The notes below the pieces were generated by a model. That model was not told the DNA's origin, did not search any database, and was given only the letters and a program-made list of their open reading frames with translations. The position numbers and the translations under genes are program-made. A DNA stretch of 64,000 nucleotides from a bacterium (GTDB lineage Bacteria > Auribacterota > UBA3054): positions 7,162 to 71,161 of the forward strand of contig JAFZXZ010000003.1 in assembly GCA_017616555.1 (NCBI GenBank), read 5' to 3'. Below, one piece after another: positions 37,713 through 46,508 of the stretch. The stretch's first letter is position 1. Each line of letters starts with the position of its first letter.

Positions 37713-38594
37713 ATGCCAAAATTAACTAAAGAAAAAATCCGTAAATTTCTTACCAGATGGCCGGAACGGGCCTTGTCCATTCCGGACATCTGGATTAGAG
37801 ACCTGACCGCCAATCAAAGGATCCTTCCCAGCTTCATCATAATAGGCGCTCAGCGCTGCGGCACCACTTCGCTCTACGATTATCTTTCCAATCATCCGCA
37901 GATCATTCCTTCTCCCGTAAAGGAGCTCTTCTACTTCGACGACTACTACACGAGACCCATCAACTGGTACAAGTCCTTTTTCCCAACCGAAAAACAGAAG
38001 GAAAAACTGGAAAGGGACCTCATAGCCAGAGTCATCACCGGCGAGGCATCCCCCAGCTACTTCTTCCACCCCTACGCTGCCAGAAGGATCAAAGAGACGC
38101 TTCCACAAGTCAAGCTCATCCTCGTCCTAAGAGACCCGATTGAGCGCGCCTACTCCCACTACAACCACATCCGAAGGCTCAACCGCGAACCCTTATCCTT
38201 CGAGGAAGCGCTAGCAAAAGAAGTAGAACGCATCACTCCGGACATTGAAAAGCTAAATAAGGACGAATTCTACAAAGCCGACCAGAGAAGGGACTACTCC
38301 TACCTTACAAGAGGCTACTATGCCAAGCAGCTCACTGAATGGTACAAGTACTTCCCCAAGGAACAGCTTCTCGTTGTCCAGAGCGAAGAGTTCTACAAGG
38401 ATACTCCCAGAGTTTACAACGAGATCGTCGAATACTTAGGCCTCAACTCCTATACTCTTCCTGTCTTCGAGGCCAAGAACGCTCTCAAATACGCCAAAAT
38501 GGCTCCCGAGACCAAAGAAAAACTAAAGGCTTACTTCGCCCCAAAAAACGAAGAGCTCTACGAGCTCCTGGGGAAACGTTTCGACTGGCAGTAA
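37713..38594 (+). CDS. Sulfotransferase family protein (PAPS-dependent)
   Basis: IIIGAQRCGTTSLYDYL is the 5'-PSB loop and LVLRDPIERAYSHY is the 3'-PB motif. Confidence 0.8.
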   Translation: MPKLTKEKIRKFLTRWPERALSIPDIWIRDLTANQRILPSFIIIGAQRCGTTSLYDYLSNHPQIIPSPVKELFYFDDYYTRPINWYKSFFPTEKQKEKLERDLIARVITGEASPSYFFHPYAARRIKETLPQVKLILVLRDPIERAYSHYNHIRRLNREPLSFEEALAKEVERITPDIEKLNKDEFYKADQRRDYSYLTRGYYAKQLTEWYKYFPKEQLLVVQSEEFYKDTPRVYNEIVEYLGLNSYTLPVFEAKNALKYAKMAPETKEKLKAYFAPKNEELYELLGKRFDWQ

Positions 38595-38618
38595 GCAAAA
38601 AACGATATAACCTTAAGG

Positions 38619-41210
38619 ATGCACATGAGAAAGTCCCTTATCGTTCCAGCAATCGCTGCGGCAATACTAGCCGCTAATCTCCAAGCCGAGGAGACCAAAT
38701 TCGATCCCACAAGGCCCATACCTATGCTCGGCCAGACGGAATTCACCCTGCAGTGGAGCACGCCTGCTCCCTGCCAAACCAAGGTCCAGATTAGGAAAGG
38801 GGGGGAGCCCTGCAACACCTGGTACCCGGAAGGCCAGGAATACAAGCCCTGGCAGAACGAATTCCAAACCTTCGAGACCTCGGAGACCTCCACCTACCAC
38901 CGCATCACCATAACGGGCTTACAGCCCGCTACGCGCTATTATTACCGCCTCAACAACGGCGACATCGAGCCCACCAACCAGGAGACCCGTTGGGGCGCTG
39001 AAAAGCCCTGGTCCAGAGAATACGCCGTCAGTACTCTCGCCCCAGACGGCTACAAGACCGTAATCCGCGTCCCGGTAAAAGTCATCATCATGCCGAATGT
39101 GTACAGCCTCTACACCGCCAAAAATAAAGACGGCGAATGGGCTCCTCTCCCGCCCCCCATGAACGAACAAGACAAAGCCAAGCTCATAAGAGAATTCGAG
39201 CTTGCCAAGCGCTTCTGGTTCGTCAACAACGGATTCAGAGTCTGGCACGACCTGCAGTACTTCTGGGATGAAAGACCGCAGTACTGGGGCGAAATGCCCG
39301 ATGACGCTCCGGAAGAATACAAGAAGCTCGTTCCCTGCCGCAACTGGCCCGGCAACGAATTCTCAGGCCCCGGAGGAGGCGATTTCTCCATCTCCGACAC
39401 CAGAGACCTGACAAAACTAAACCACTCTCCCATCCACGACGGCTACGTCGGACAGATCGAAAACGATCTTCTCCAGCGCTACGACTGGTACGCCAAGAAA
39501 TGGGAATGGTGTATCTCAGGCGGCGGCACCTTAGGCATAGACGGCTGGCCGGAGGGCATACCCGGTAGATCCCAGTTCTTAGGCGACGACATTGCCTGGC
39601 TCACCACCCACGAATATCACCACGAAATCGAAAGCCAGACCTACCTTTCCGGCCTCGACCAGGAAAACGACCGTGTCGTTTTCGATCACTTCTCCAACCG
39701 TTTTCGCTACCAGAAGCCTGACGGCTCATTCGATGAATTCCCCTGGGACTGCGGCGGCAAATTCGGCGAGCACTGGTCCGGCATCGCCATGACCGACCGT
39801 CAGCTCACCGACATCCAGTGGCTCCGCTACTACTTCGGTGAGACCATCATGGTTCCCGACCAGGACGAGGACGACGTCCCCGACGGAGGGGACGTTCCCT
39901 TCACCGAACTCAAATACGGCTACGACCCCGAGACACCGGAAACTGACGGCATACTCGATGACTTTCAAAAGATCCGTCAATCCATCTGGTCCGGCGGCGC
40001 TATGAGCCCCTGGTACTCCCGTCAGCCCGAATACCTCGCCCTCCCCGATCCCAACACTCCCGACTCCGACGGAGACGGCATTCCCGACATCGAGGATCCT
40101 CTGCCCACCATCCCTTATCCTCCCTTCATCTGGGCCAAGACCATCGAGCTCGACGCCAACCCAGAAGACTGGAACACCATCCCCTACATCGGCAAGAAAA
40201 CCGTAGAACAAACCACCTTCTCCTTCAAGCAGGCCCACGACGACTCCTTCTACTACGGCCTCGTAGAAATAGAAGGCCCCTTCTGGGAACTCAACATCAT
40301 GCTCGACGGTGAAGCCGACGGCATTTACAACGGCTTCGAGGGCTTCGGCCGCAGCAAGGACCTCTACGAGATCCACATTGACCTCGACAGAAACACCGAA
40401 GAACCCCGAGTCACCTACCACTCCCTCGGCAAAGGCTTCGAATCAAAAGCCAAAAAAGAACAAAACAAAATAACAATAGAATTCTCCATCGAAAACCGCG
40501 GTGACTCCACCTGGTTCTGGCAAGGCGCCGGCAGAGAAATCGGCAACGCCGTCACCCTCCGCCTCCCCAACAAAGCCCAATACACTCTCGGCGACGGCTA
40601 CCAGCCCACCTACTGCTTCATGGAACCCCTCCAGGGCACCCAGACCTGCCCAGTCACCCCTAATCCCCCAATAACCGAACAAGAAGCTGACGTCTCACTC
40701 GATTTCTCGAAAGACACAGATCTCTCCCCATTCGAGTTCACCACACAAGACTGGGACCTCAAAGACCAAGCCCTTATCCTAAAAGACAATCTCGACCCCG
40801 ACGCCTCCTGTTACCTCCTCGTCCCCGGATTCACCGGCAACGGTGACTTCACCGTCTTCATGGAGTTCGAGGCGACCCAGGACGCAGTCCTGGGCGCCTT
40901 CTCAAAAGACACCAAACACATCGACCCAGGCCAGGACTCCATCGGCTTCATCGGCGGCTACCTCAACGAGCTCTCCAAGATCCGACTCATCAACATGGGC
41001 GAAGTCACAGAAGAGCGCATCGGCTTAACCCCCGGCAAACACACCATGCAGTTCCAACGCCAAGGCAAATACTTCTTCATGCTCTATGACGGCAAAGAAA
41101 TCGGCTGGTACAGAGAAACCACCCCTCGTCCAGCCCACCGTCTCGGCGTAGTCGGCATCCCCGGCTCCAACATCAAGATCTACAAACTCCGCGTCAAAGG
41201 CGAGAAATAA
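38619..41210 (+). CDS. Uncharacterised secreted multidomain protein with invariant HEYHH (HExxH) motif, copy A
   Basis: Signal peptide. An Fn3/purple-acid-phosphatase-N-like start (YHRITITGLQPATRYYYRL). The central region carries DDIAWLTTHEYHHEIES. Asp-rich calcium-type loops follow (DQDEDDVPDGGD; DSDGDGIPDIEDP). A C-terminal beta-rich module looks like a ConA/LamG fold. No family recognised. Confidence 0.6.
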   Translation: MHMRKSLIVPAIAAAILAANLQAEETKFDPTRPIPMLGQTEFTLQWSTPAPCQTKVQIRKGGEPCNTWYPEGQEYKPWQNEFQTFETSETSTYHRITITGLQPATRYYYRLNNGDIEPTNQETRWGAEKPWSREYAVSTLAPDGYKTVIRVPVKVIIMPNVYSLYTAKNKDGEWAPLPPPMNEQDKAKLIREFELAKRFWFVNNGFRVWHDLQYFWDERPQYWGEMPDDAPEEYKKLVPCRNWPGNEFSGPGGGDFSISDTRDLTKLNHSPIHDGYVGQIENDLLQRYDWYAKKWEWCISGGGTLGIDGWPEGIPGRSQFLGDDIAWLTTHEYHHEIESQTYLSGLDQENDRVVFDHFSNRFRYQKPDGSFDEFPWDCGGKFGEHWSGIAMTDRQLTDIQWLRYYFGETIMVPDQDEDDVPDGGDVPFTELKYGYDPETPETDGILDDFQKIRQSIWSGGAMSPWYSRQPEYLALPDPNTPDSDGDGIPDIEDPLPTIPYPPFIWAKTIELDANPEDWNTIPYIGKKTVEQTTFSFKQAHDDSFYYGLVEIEGPFWELNIMLDGEADGIYNGFEGFGRSKDLYEIHIDLDRNTEEPRVTYHSLGKGFESKAKKEQNKITIEFSIENRGDSTWFWQGAGREIGNAVTLRLPNKAQYTLGDGYQPTYCFMEPLQGTQTCPVTPNPPITEQEADVSLDFSKDTDLSPFEFTTQDWDLKDQALILKDNLDPDASCYLLVPGFTGNGDFTVFMEFEATQDAVLGAFSKDTKHIDPGQDSIGFIGGYLNELSKIRLINMGEVTEERIGLTPGKHTMQFQRQGKYFFMLYDGKEIGWYRETTPRPAHRLGVVGIPGSNIKIYKLRVKGEK

Positions 41211-41221
41211 CAAAACAAAAC

Positions 41222-41251
41222 AAAAAAGGCGGCATTAAATGCCGCCTTTTT
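41222..41251. terminator. Bidirectional intrinsic terminator
   Basis: AAAAAA-GGCGGCAT-TAA-ATGCCGCC-TTTTT lies between convergent genes. Confidence 0.75.
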
Positions 41252-41259
41252 AATACAGG

Positions 41260-43335
41260 TTAGATTTCTTCAAATCCAATTGATTTCAAATATTCATATG
41301 TCCCATCGTATATTTCAGGTGATCTGGTGGGATCTTTAAGGTCACCAGTTGGGACACAAATAACTACCCCCTGACGAGCTCTTGTTAAAAGGACACGATA
41401 GGCATTTAATTGATAAGCTTTGCGTTCTTCTTTGTTGACATTATTCCATTTTGTTCCGCCGTTAAATTCGAAATAATCCCAAGAGTTCTTATTTCGTCTT
41501 AAGTCACCATCCCAAATTAGACCGACATAGTCTAACTCCAAACCTTGCACGTCAAATTCTGTTGCGGCGTCTTCAAGGAATAGAGAAGAACGAATATCGT
41601 TAATGTCATCCAAGAACCAATGCACGGTATCAGGTTTACAGCGAACGTCGATAGCCATGGGTTTAAGACGGTATGCTTTGGAGGACACAATCAATCCATA
41701 TCGTTCATTAGTTCTTGCTCTTTCTCTTAGCCAAGCTTTTGTTTTATTGAGATCACGAGTCAGTTTTATTGGATATTTTTCTTTTATCTCATTGTAGAGA
41801 TCTTTGGCTTTTGTCGTTTCTCCATCTAGCAGGTGATGAACCAATTCTGATAATTTTTCAGCTCTGAAGCTACGCATTGAAACAGCCAGATGAAGATCGT
41901 TGGAATAGACGACATTTTTGTAGTCAGATAGGAACTGCTTAACATTACCTTCTGCATATTCTTTTGAAGTTAATTGGTCTGAAATATAAACTTGCCAATC
42001 TGGGAATGTTTCTTTTATAGCTCTTATCCATTCTCCAATGCCAGCTTCTCCTGTATTGATCTCCTGACCTCCTCCTACCAGACATATTATAACAGCCCAA
42101 TCAGGTCTTTGGTCTAATGACCAAATTAAAAATTCACCTTCTGACATCGGGAAATTATTAACGCCCTTTTTCCTTTTTAACCAAGATGATAAATGTTCTT
42201 GGTTCCAAGATCTTTGTGCTTCATCAAAAATAGCAATGTTTTCTACTTCTGCGTATCCAGCTTCTTTATCCTTTAATTCCTTAGTAGGGTCTATTTGCAA
42301 ATCCTTTCCTTTTATCGGGAATTGTAATTTACCAAGCATTTGATCACGATAGCGGTGAATAATCTGTATAAATTGCTTTACTTCTCTTCTTGCCGTAGTA
42401 ATGTTGTATTTTTGTCCAGAGTTCTTTTCTTCTTGTTTCTTTTTATCGCGAGCTAATGCTTCAGTCAACACTTCTACTAATGGGCCATTTCCCGATAAAT
42501 AGACGGCTTTATCTGCTTCGTCTTTTTTATCTTCTGATTGCTTTATAGCAACATTAAGGCCGACTAAAGTTTTTCCGGCGCCCGGGACGCCGGTAACAAA
42601 TAAAATGCTTTTCTTGCCTTTTTCTTTGGTCTCTTTAATTATCTTTAAACAATAATTCGTTGTTTTATCCAGCTGTGCGCCTTCCGCTTCGCTTTTAGTT
42701 AAGTCGGCCACACTGTGGTTGAGATAAAGAGCTTTGGCTGCTTCTATAATGGTTGGAGTGGGAGCATAGCGGCTTCTTATCCAATCTTTTAATTCAACAT
42801 TATAATTTCTTTGCTGTATTTGAGAATTAAGCAGTTTTGTTATGGTTTCACTCAGCTTTTCCGCATTTGAGCAAATTGGAGAATACACACTAGCGTCATA
42901 ATTTGAAAAACTTATATCATCATTGATAGTTGGGCTTTCAGTTGCAATTAATATTGGGGCAATAATTCTATCTTTACTGCCCTGTTGAAAATTCTTGAGA
43001 TCCAGAGCATAGTCTAAAACCTGATCGACATCACTCTTTAGATATTTGTTTTCGCCAACTTTAAACTCTAATACAAATACTCTTTCTTTAAGGAGCAATA
43101 TTGCATCAATTCTTTTTCCAAGACGAATAAGAGAATATTCAAAAACAATCCAGGCTTCTTCTTGAGTATATGGGACCAAAGTTTCTTTTAATATTCTAAT
43201 TTCTTCTTCCCATGCAGTTTTTTGTAATAGTACTGAATCGCCATCATCGTTTCTAACCAGTTTACCGAAGATGGATTCAAAAGATTCCTGAAGGAAATCT
43301 TCTAGCTTAGCGTAGTAAAAATATCGTGATATCAT
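41260..43335 (-). CDS. PD-(D/E)xK nuclease-like + DUF2075 (Schlafen-type SF1 helicase/ATPase) protein
   Basis: 691 aa. The N-terminus has IDAILLLKERVFVLEFKV (a D...ExK pattern). Walker A is FVTGVPGAGKT and Walker B is IAIFDEAQR. The C-terminal AYRVLLTRARQGVVICVP is a UvrD_C-like motif. The gene is AT-rich. Confidence 0.75.
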   Translation of the reverse strand: MISRYFYYAKLEDFLQESFESIFGKLVRNDDGDSVLLQKTAWEEEIRILKETLVPYTQEEAWIVFEYSLIRLGKRIDAILLLKERVFVLEFKVGENKYLKSDVDQVLDYALDLKNFQQGSKDRIIAPILIATESPTINDDISFSNYDASVYSPICSNAEKLSETITKLLNSQIQQRNYNVELKDWIRSRYAPTPTIIEAAKALYLNHSVADLTKSEAEGAQLDKTTNYCLKIIKETKEKGKKSILFVTGVPGAGKTLVGLNVAIKQSEDKKDEADKAVYLSGNGPLVEVLTEALARDKKKQEEKNSGQKYNITTARREVKQFIQIIHRYRDQMLGKLQFPIKGKDLQIDPTKELKDKEAGYAEVENIAIFDEAQRSWNQEHLSSWLKRKKGVNNFPMSEGEFLIWSLDQRPDWAVIICLVGGGQEINTGEAGIGEWIRAIKETFPDWQVYISDQLTSKEYAEGNVKQFLSDYKNVVYSNDLHLAVSMRSFRAEKLSELVHHLLDGETTKAKDLYNEIKEKYPIKLTRDLNKTKAWLRERARTNERYGLIVSSKAYRLKPMAIDVRCKPDTVHWFLDDINDIRSSLFLEDAATEFDVQGLELDYVGLIWDGDLRRNKNSWDYFEFNGGTKWNNVNKEERKAYQLNAYRVLLTRARQGVVICVPTGDLKDPTRSPEIYDGTYEYLKSIGFEEI

Positions 43336-43522
43336 ATTTCTTCGTTAGTGTAACTAAGAGTAGGCCATAGATATTATGCAAAATAAAGACGTTTGGAGTC
43401 AAGATCACAATATAGATTAATATCTCTAGTTTGTTTCGTAAGTTTGTTTGATTATGATAAGGATTAACGATTCTTAAAAAGGTACAAATTGGCGCCTGGT
43501 TTTTGTGACCGGGGCTTTTGTT

Positions 43523-44098
43523 TTATTCTACCTCTGAGCTGGAGTTGTCCCAGATGTCTAAGAGTTTTTGGGCTCTGGTTATGAGTTTTTCGTCTTTGCC
43601 TGAGGGGAAGTAGGCAGTTCCACTAGCAATTTTCTGCAAGGTTAATAAGGCTCTTTCGACACACACGTAGAACCAGAAATTGTCGCAAAAATGGTGATAA
43701 TGATAGGGTTTTAAAGGAGCCTCGATTAAGATTTCCATGGTGTCAACAAGACCGTGCAGGGAGTTGTTGCCGTGTCCGTAAAAATCTCTGAAGGCACAGG
43801 CGTTCAGAACCTCGCAATAAGCAATAAATAAATCTTTGTTGTTTTCGTAGCAAGCATCACTTAAATGCAACCTACAATAGATGAGATAAGCAGCAAGCTT
43901 GTAAGTCGATGTTAAGATGACATCCTCAAATTCGATGAGTGACATTTGTTTGAAGTCTACGTTTGATGGGACAAAAAAGCGCATGCCGTAACCAGGAGTA
44001 GAATTAGGCTTGAGTGACTTGCACATGGCGACGGCCTTTTTAGCGTTGGCTAAGAGGATATCTTGATCGTTGGTCTTTTCAAATGGGAAATCTGTCAT
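43523..44098 (-). CDS. Hypothetical protein, orphan family member 1
   Basis: 191 aa, paralogous to 44337-44894 (FEKTNDQDILLANAKKAVAMC...GMRFFVP versus FEKTNDTQILLTNAKKAVALC...GMRFFIP). No known motif. Confidence 0.5.
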   Translation of the reverse strand: MTDFPFEKTNDQDILLANAKKAVAMCKSLKPNSTPGYGMRFFVPSNVDFKQMSLIEFEDVILTSTYKLAAYLIYCRLHLSDACYENNKDLFIAYCEVLNACAFRDFYGHGNNSLHGLVDTMEILIEAPLKPYHYHHFCDNFWFYVCVERALLTLQKIASGTAYFPSGKDEKLITRAQKLLDIWDNSSSEVE

Positions 44099-44148
44099 GA
44101 TGGTCTCATTACTTGTTTGAAATTGGGTTTGGTTTCGTGTGTGGGCTT

Positions 44149-44203
44149 ATTCTAGCAGAGACGTAGGGGCTGGAAAGGCGGTTGGCGGGAAAAAATAGTG
44201 ACA
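44149..44203 (-). repeat. 55-nt promoter-like element, copy 1
   Basis: ATTCTAGCAGAGACGTAGGGGCTGGAAAGGCGGTTGGCGGGAAAAAATAGTGACA. About 48 of 55 positions match 45899-45953. On the minus strand it ends in TGCTAGAAT (extended -10), ~45 nt before the ATG at 44098. Confidence 0.6.
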
Positions 44204-44212
44204 TAAAAAAAG

Positions 44213-44293
44213 AAGCCCCGCGCTTGCGCACGGGGCTTTGAAAAATAATTCCTGTCTCTGCTGCCAAGGGGCGACGGTCCCTTTCCGGTAAGG
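44213..44293 (-). repeat. Conserved 3' element, copy 1 (small conserved hairpin + GC-rich terminator hairpin)
   Basis: AAGCCCCGCGC..GCGCACGGGGCTT is followed on the minus strand by TCTTTTTTTAT. The conserved core is CCAAGGGGCGAC..TCCCTTTCCGGTAAGG. A second copy lies at 45116-45192. Confidence 0.6.
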
Positions 44294-44336
44294 AGCATAG
44301 GTTTTATATATAAGGAAAAATTATGAAAAACAATGC

Positions 44337-44894
44337 TTATACGGTTTCTTTTTGGTTTTCCCAGATGGCGATGAGGTCTTTGGCTTTTTTTACGAGCTCT
44401 TCGGATTTGCCCCAGGGGGAGTGGACTGAGCCGCCGGCTATGCCGTGAAGCGTCTTGATGGCGTTTTTGAGGCATTTCGTGAATTCGGGGTATTGTTTAC
44501 CGTGTTCGATGAGAAAGGCCTTAATTGGGGCAGTGAGGAAGATCTCGAGGGCATCGACGAGGCCGTCGAGTTCTTCGTAGCCGTGGCCGGTCATGTTGCG
44601 GGCGGTGCAGGCGAGAAGGATCTGTTTGAAGCCTTCCTCGAGTTCAGGGTCGTTGGTGAAGAGATCTTTTAGGATCATCTTGCAGTTGATGAGGTAGGCG
44701 GCAAGAGTGTAGGTGGGAAGGTAGATGAACTCCACTCTTGCGTCGGAGGGCATGTGTTTGATGTCCTCATTGGGCGGGATGAAGAAGCGCATGCCGGAAC
44801 CGGGGTTGATCTCCTGGCAGAGGGCGACGGCTTTTTTGGCGTTGGTTAAGAGAATCTGGGTGTCGTTGGTCTTTTCGAAATTGATGTTGTTCAT
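44337..44894 (-). CDS. Hypothetical protein, orphan family member 2
   Basis: 185 aa. AGGAGA RBS before the ATG. Paralog of 43523-44098, but written with C-ending codons. Confidence 0.55.
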   Translation of the reverse strand: MNNINFEKTNDTQILLTNAKKAVALCQEINPGSGMRFFIPPNEDIKHMPSDARVEFIYLPTYTLAAYLINCKMILKDLFTNDPELEEGFKQILLACTARNMTGHGYEELDGLVDALEIFLTAPIKAFLIEHGKQYPEFTKCLKNAIKTLHGIAGGSVHSPWGKSEELVKKAKDLIAIWENQKETV

Positions 44895-45115
44895 GGATAT
44901 CTCCTATTGGTGGATTTAACTATACACTATCAAAAAATAAAGTAGATTTAAAGTGTTTTAACAATCGCTACTTAATTGTGTAGAGTTTTGTGCTATGTCA
45001 TTAATGTTTTTCCTTTAAAATCGTTGTTTGAGGTGAAAAAGTACTAGTGTTTTTAGGTGTGTTGAATAGACAAAGTTTTTGTAATGCGGTTTTGATAAGA
45101 GGATTAGGAATAATG

Positions 45116-45192
45116 AGCCCCGTGCCGTTGGCACGGGGCTTCGTTTGTTTTGTCTTTGCAAGCAAGGGGCGACAAATCCCTTTCCGGTAAGG
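45116..45192 (-). repeat. Conserved 3' element, copy 2
   Basis: A perfect 11-bp hairpin, AGCCCCGTGCC-GTT-GGCACGGGGCT, plus GCAAGGGGCGACAAATCCCTTTCCGGTAAGG, just downstream of the stop at 45219. Confidence 0.6.
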
Positions 45193-45218
45193 TGCGGGAG
45201 GTATACCACAAGGTGGCT

Positions 45219-45860
45219 TTAAAAGTCAAAGTCAAAGTCGTTGTTGTAATCGTTGTCGAAGTTGTATTGGGTGGAGCTGAAGGAGTCGCCTTCGGAGGTG
45301 GTGCCTGAGGTGAAGGTAAAGTTGCCTATCTTTGAAGTGGTGGCGTTGAAAGAGTCGCCGTTGGAGGTGGTGCCAGAGGTGAAGGTGAAGTTGCCGATCT
45401 TCATTTGGGAGGCGTTGAAGGAAGTGTTGTTGTTGTAACCGGAAGTAAAGGTGGAGTTGCCTATTTTGGTGGTGGTGGCGTTGAAGGAGTCGCCGTTGGA
45501 GTCGTATCCGGAAGTGAAGATGGAATCGCCGATTTTTGTAGTGGTAGCGCTGAAGGAGGAGTTGTTGTCGTAGCCCGAGGTGAAGGTGGAGCCGCCAATC
45601 CTGGTAGTGGAGGCGCTGAAGGAGTCTCCTTCTGAGGTGGTGCCGGAAAAGAGGGATGTTCCGCCTATTCTGGTTTGGGAGGTGTTGAAGGAGGTATTGT
45701 TGTTGTAGCCGGAGGTGAAGGTGGAATCGCCGATCCTGGTGGTGGTGGCGCTGAAGGTGTTGCCGTTGCTGTCGTAGGCTGAATAGGTGGTGAAATCAGC
45801 TGTGGCGGCGAAGGGGGAAAGTATGAGGAAGATGATGAAGAGGGAGATAGGGAGTCTCAT
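45219..45860 (-). CDS. Secreted tandem-repeat protein (~20-aa Ser/Thr/Gly-rich units)
   Basis: The start is moved to MRLPISLFIIFLILSPFAATA (signal peptide, ATG at 45860-45858). About 9 units follow, of the type SF(S/N)ATTT(R/K)IG(D/N/G)STFTSGY(N/D)NN. The upstream 43 codons of the tracked ORF run through the non-coding repeat element. Confidence 0.55.
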   Translation of the reverse strand: MRLPISLFIIFLILSPFAATADFTTYSAYDSNGNTFSATTTRIGDSTFTSGYNNNTSFNTSQTRIGGTSLFSGTTSEGDSFSASTTRIGGSTFTSGYDNNSSFSATTTKIGDSIFTSGYDSNGDSFNATTTKIGNSTFTSGYNNNTSFNASQMKIGNFTFTSGTTSNGDSFNATTSKIGNFTFTSGTTSEGDSFSSTQYNFDNDYNNDFDFDF

Positions 45861-45898
45861 AGCTTTGGGGTGTGTTGTTTTTATTTTGTTCTGAGAGT

Positions 45899-45953
45899 AT
45901 TCTAGCAGAGAGGAAGGGGGTGGAAAGGCGGTTGGTGGGAAAAAATAATGACA
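45899..45953 (-). repeat. 55-nt promoter-like element, copy 2
   Basis: ATTCTAGCAGAGAGGAAGGGGGTGGAAAGGCGGTTGGTGGGAAAAAATAATGACA. On the minus strand TGCTAGAAT lies ~40 nt before the ATG at 45860. Confidence 0.6.
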
Positions 45954-46213
45954 GGAAGGGATGGGGTGCGATTCTTTCAGAAACCGCAAATCTTTAAACC
46001 AAAACGCAGCAATTTATTAAAGTAAAACTTGACAATTTATTAAAGTTTAATGACTTAAGTCGTTTATAAATATATTGTTATGCCAATTTTGCTGATGGCA
46101 ATTGACAAGTGATTTTTCTGATAAACAATTTAAAACACGAAAGTTGTGTAATTAGGGATTGATAATAATTGACAAGTGCTATTTTAGAGAAAGGCTGTGC
46201 CTAAAGGGGCGTG

Positions 46214-46337
46214 CTACTGAAAAGTTTTTGCGGCTTTGGTAAAAGTTTTCAGTAGTACTGAAATGTTTTGTTGAATTTTGAAAAAAGGTTCAGTGCTAGT
46301 GAACCTTTTTACAGATTTTCGCAAAAAGGTTCAGTAG
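46214..46337. repeat. Cluster of inverted and direct copies of an AAAAG(G/T)TTCAGTAG-type word
   Basis: CTACTGAAAA (46214-46223) pairs with TTTTCAGTAG (46246-46255). The palindrome CAGTAGTACTG follows. AAAAAGGTTC (46282-46291) pairs with GAACCTTTTT (46301-46310). Another AAAAAGGTTCAGTAG lies at 46323-46337. Confidence 0.7.
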
Positions 46338-46508
46338 AACGACAGACGATATCGACTATTCCACTTCCACAGTACGACACATTAAACTAAAAGACTTCCT
46401 GATGCTGGAAGAATTGTAAGCGGGTTTGGTGAATAAAAAAGATGCTTTCGCATATATTTCCTAAGTTATTGATGCCACGGCAAATAGCTTAGCAAAAAGC
46501 AATATGGC

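Noticed and set aside
41211-41260. Direct repeats or att-like duplications at the two edges of the accessory block (41211-41260 versus 55011-55040)
   Set aside because: I compared both junctions by eye and found no shared sequence of 8 nt or more, so no target-site duplication can be claimed.
44152-44475. 107-aa minus-strand ORF, and the 43-codon N-terminal extension of ORF 45219-45989
   Set aside because: Both run through the duplicated 55-nt and ~80-nt non-coding elements. The similarity between copies is at the DNA level, in different frames. The real starts have a signal peptide or an RBS further downstream.
44213-45192. Gene-plus-conserved-3'-element layout as an integron cassette array (attC sites)
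   Set aside because: There is no intI integrase or attI. The elements lack the RYYYAAC/GTTRRRY core sites. Two of the genes have their own promoter-like element, unlike promoterless cassettes.
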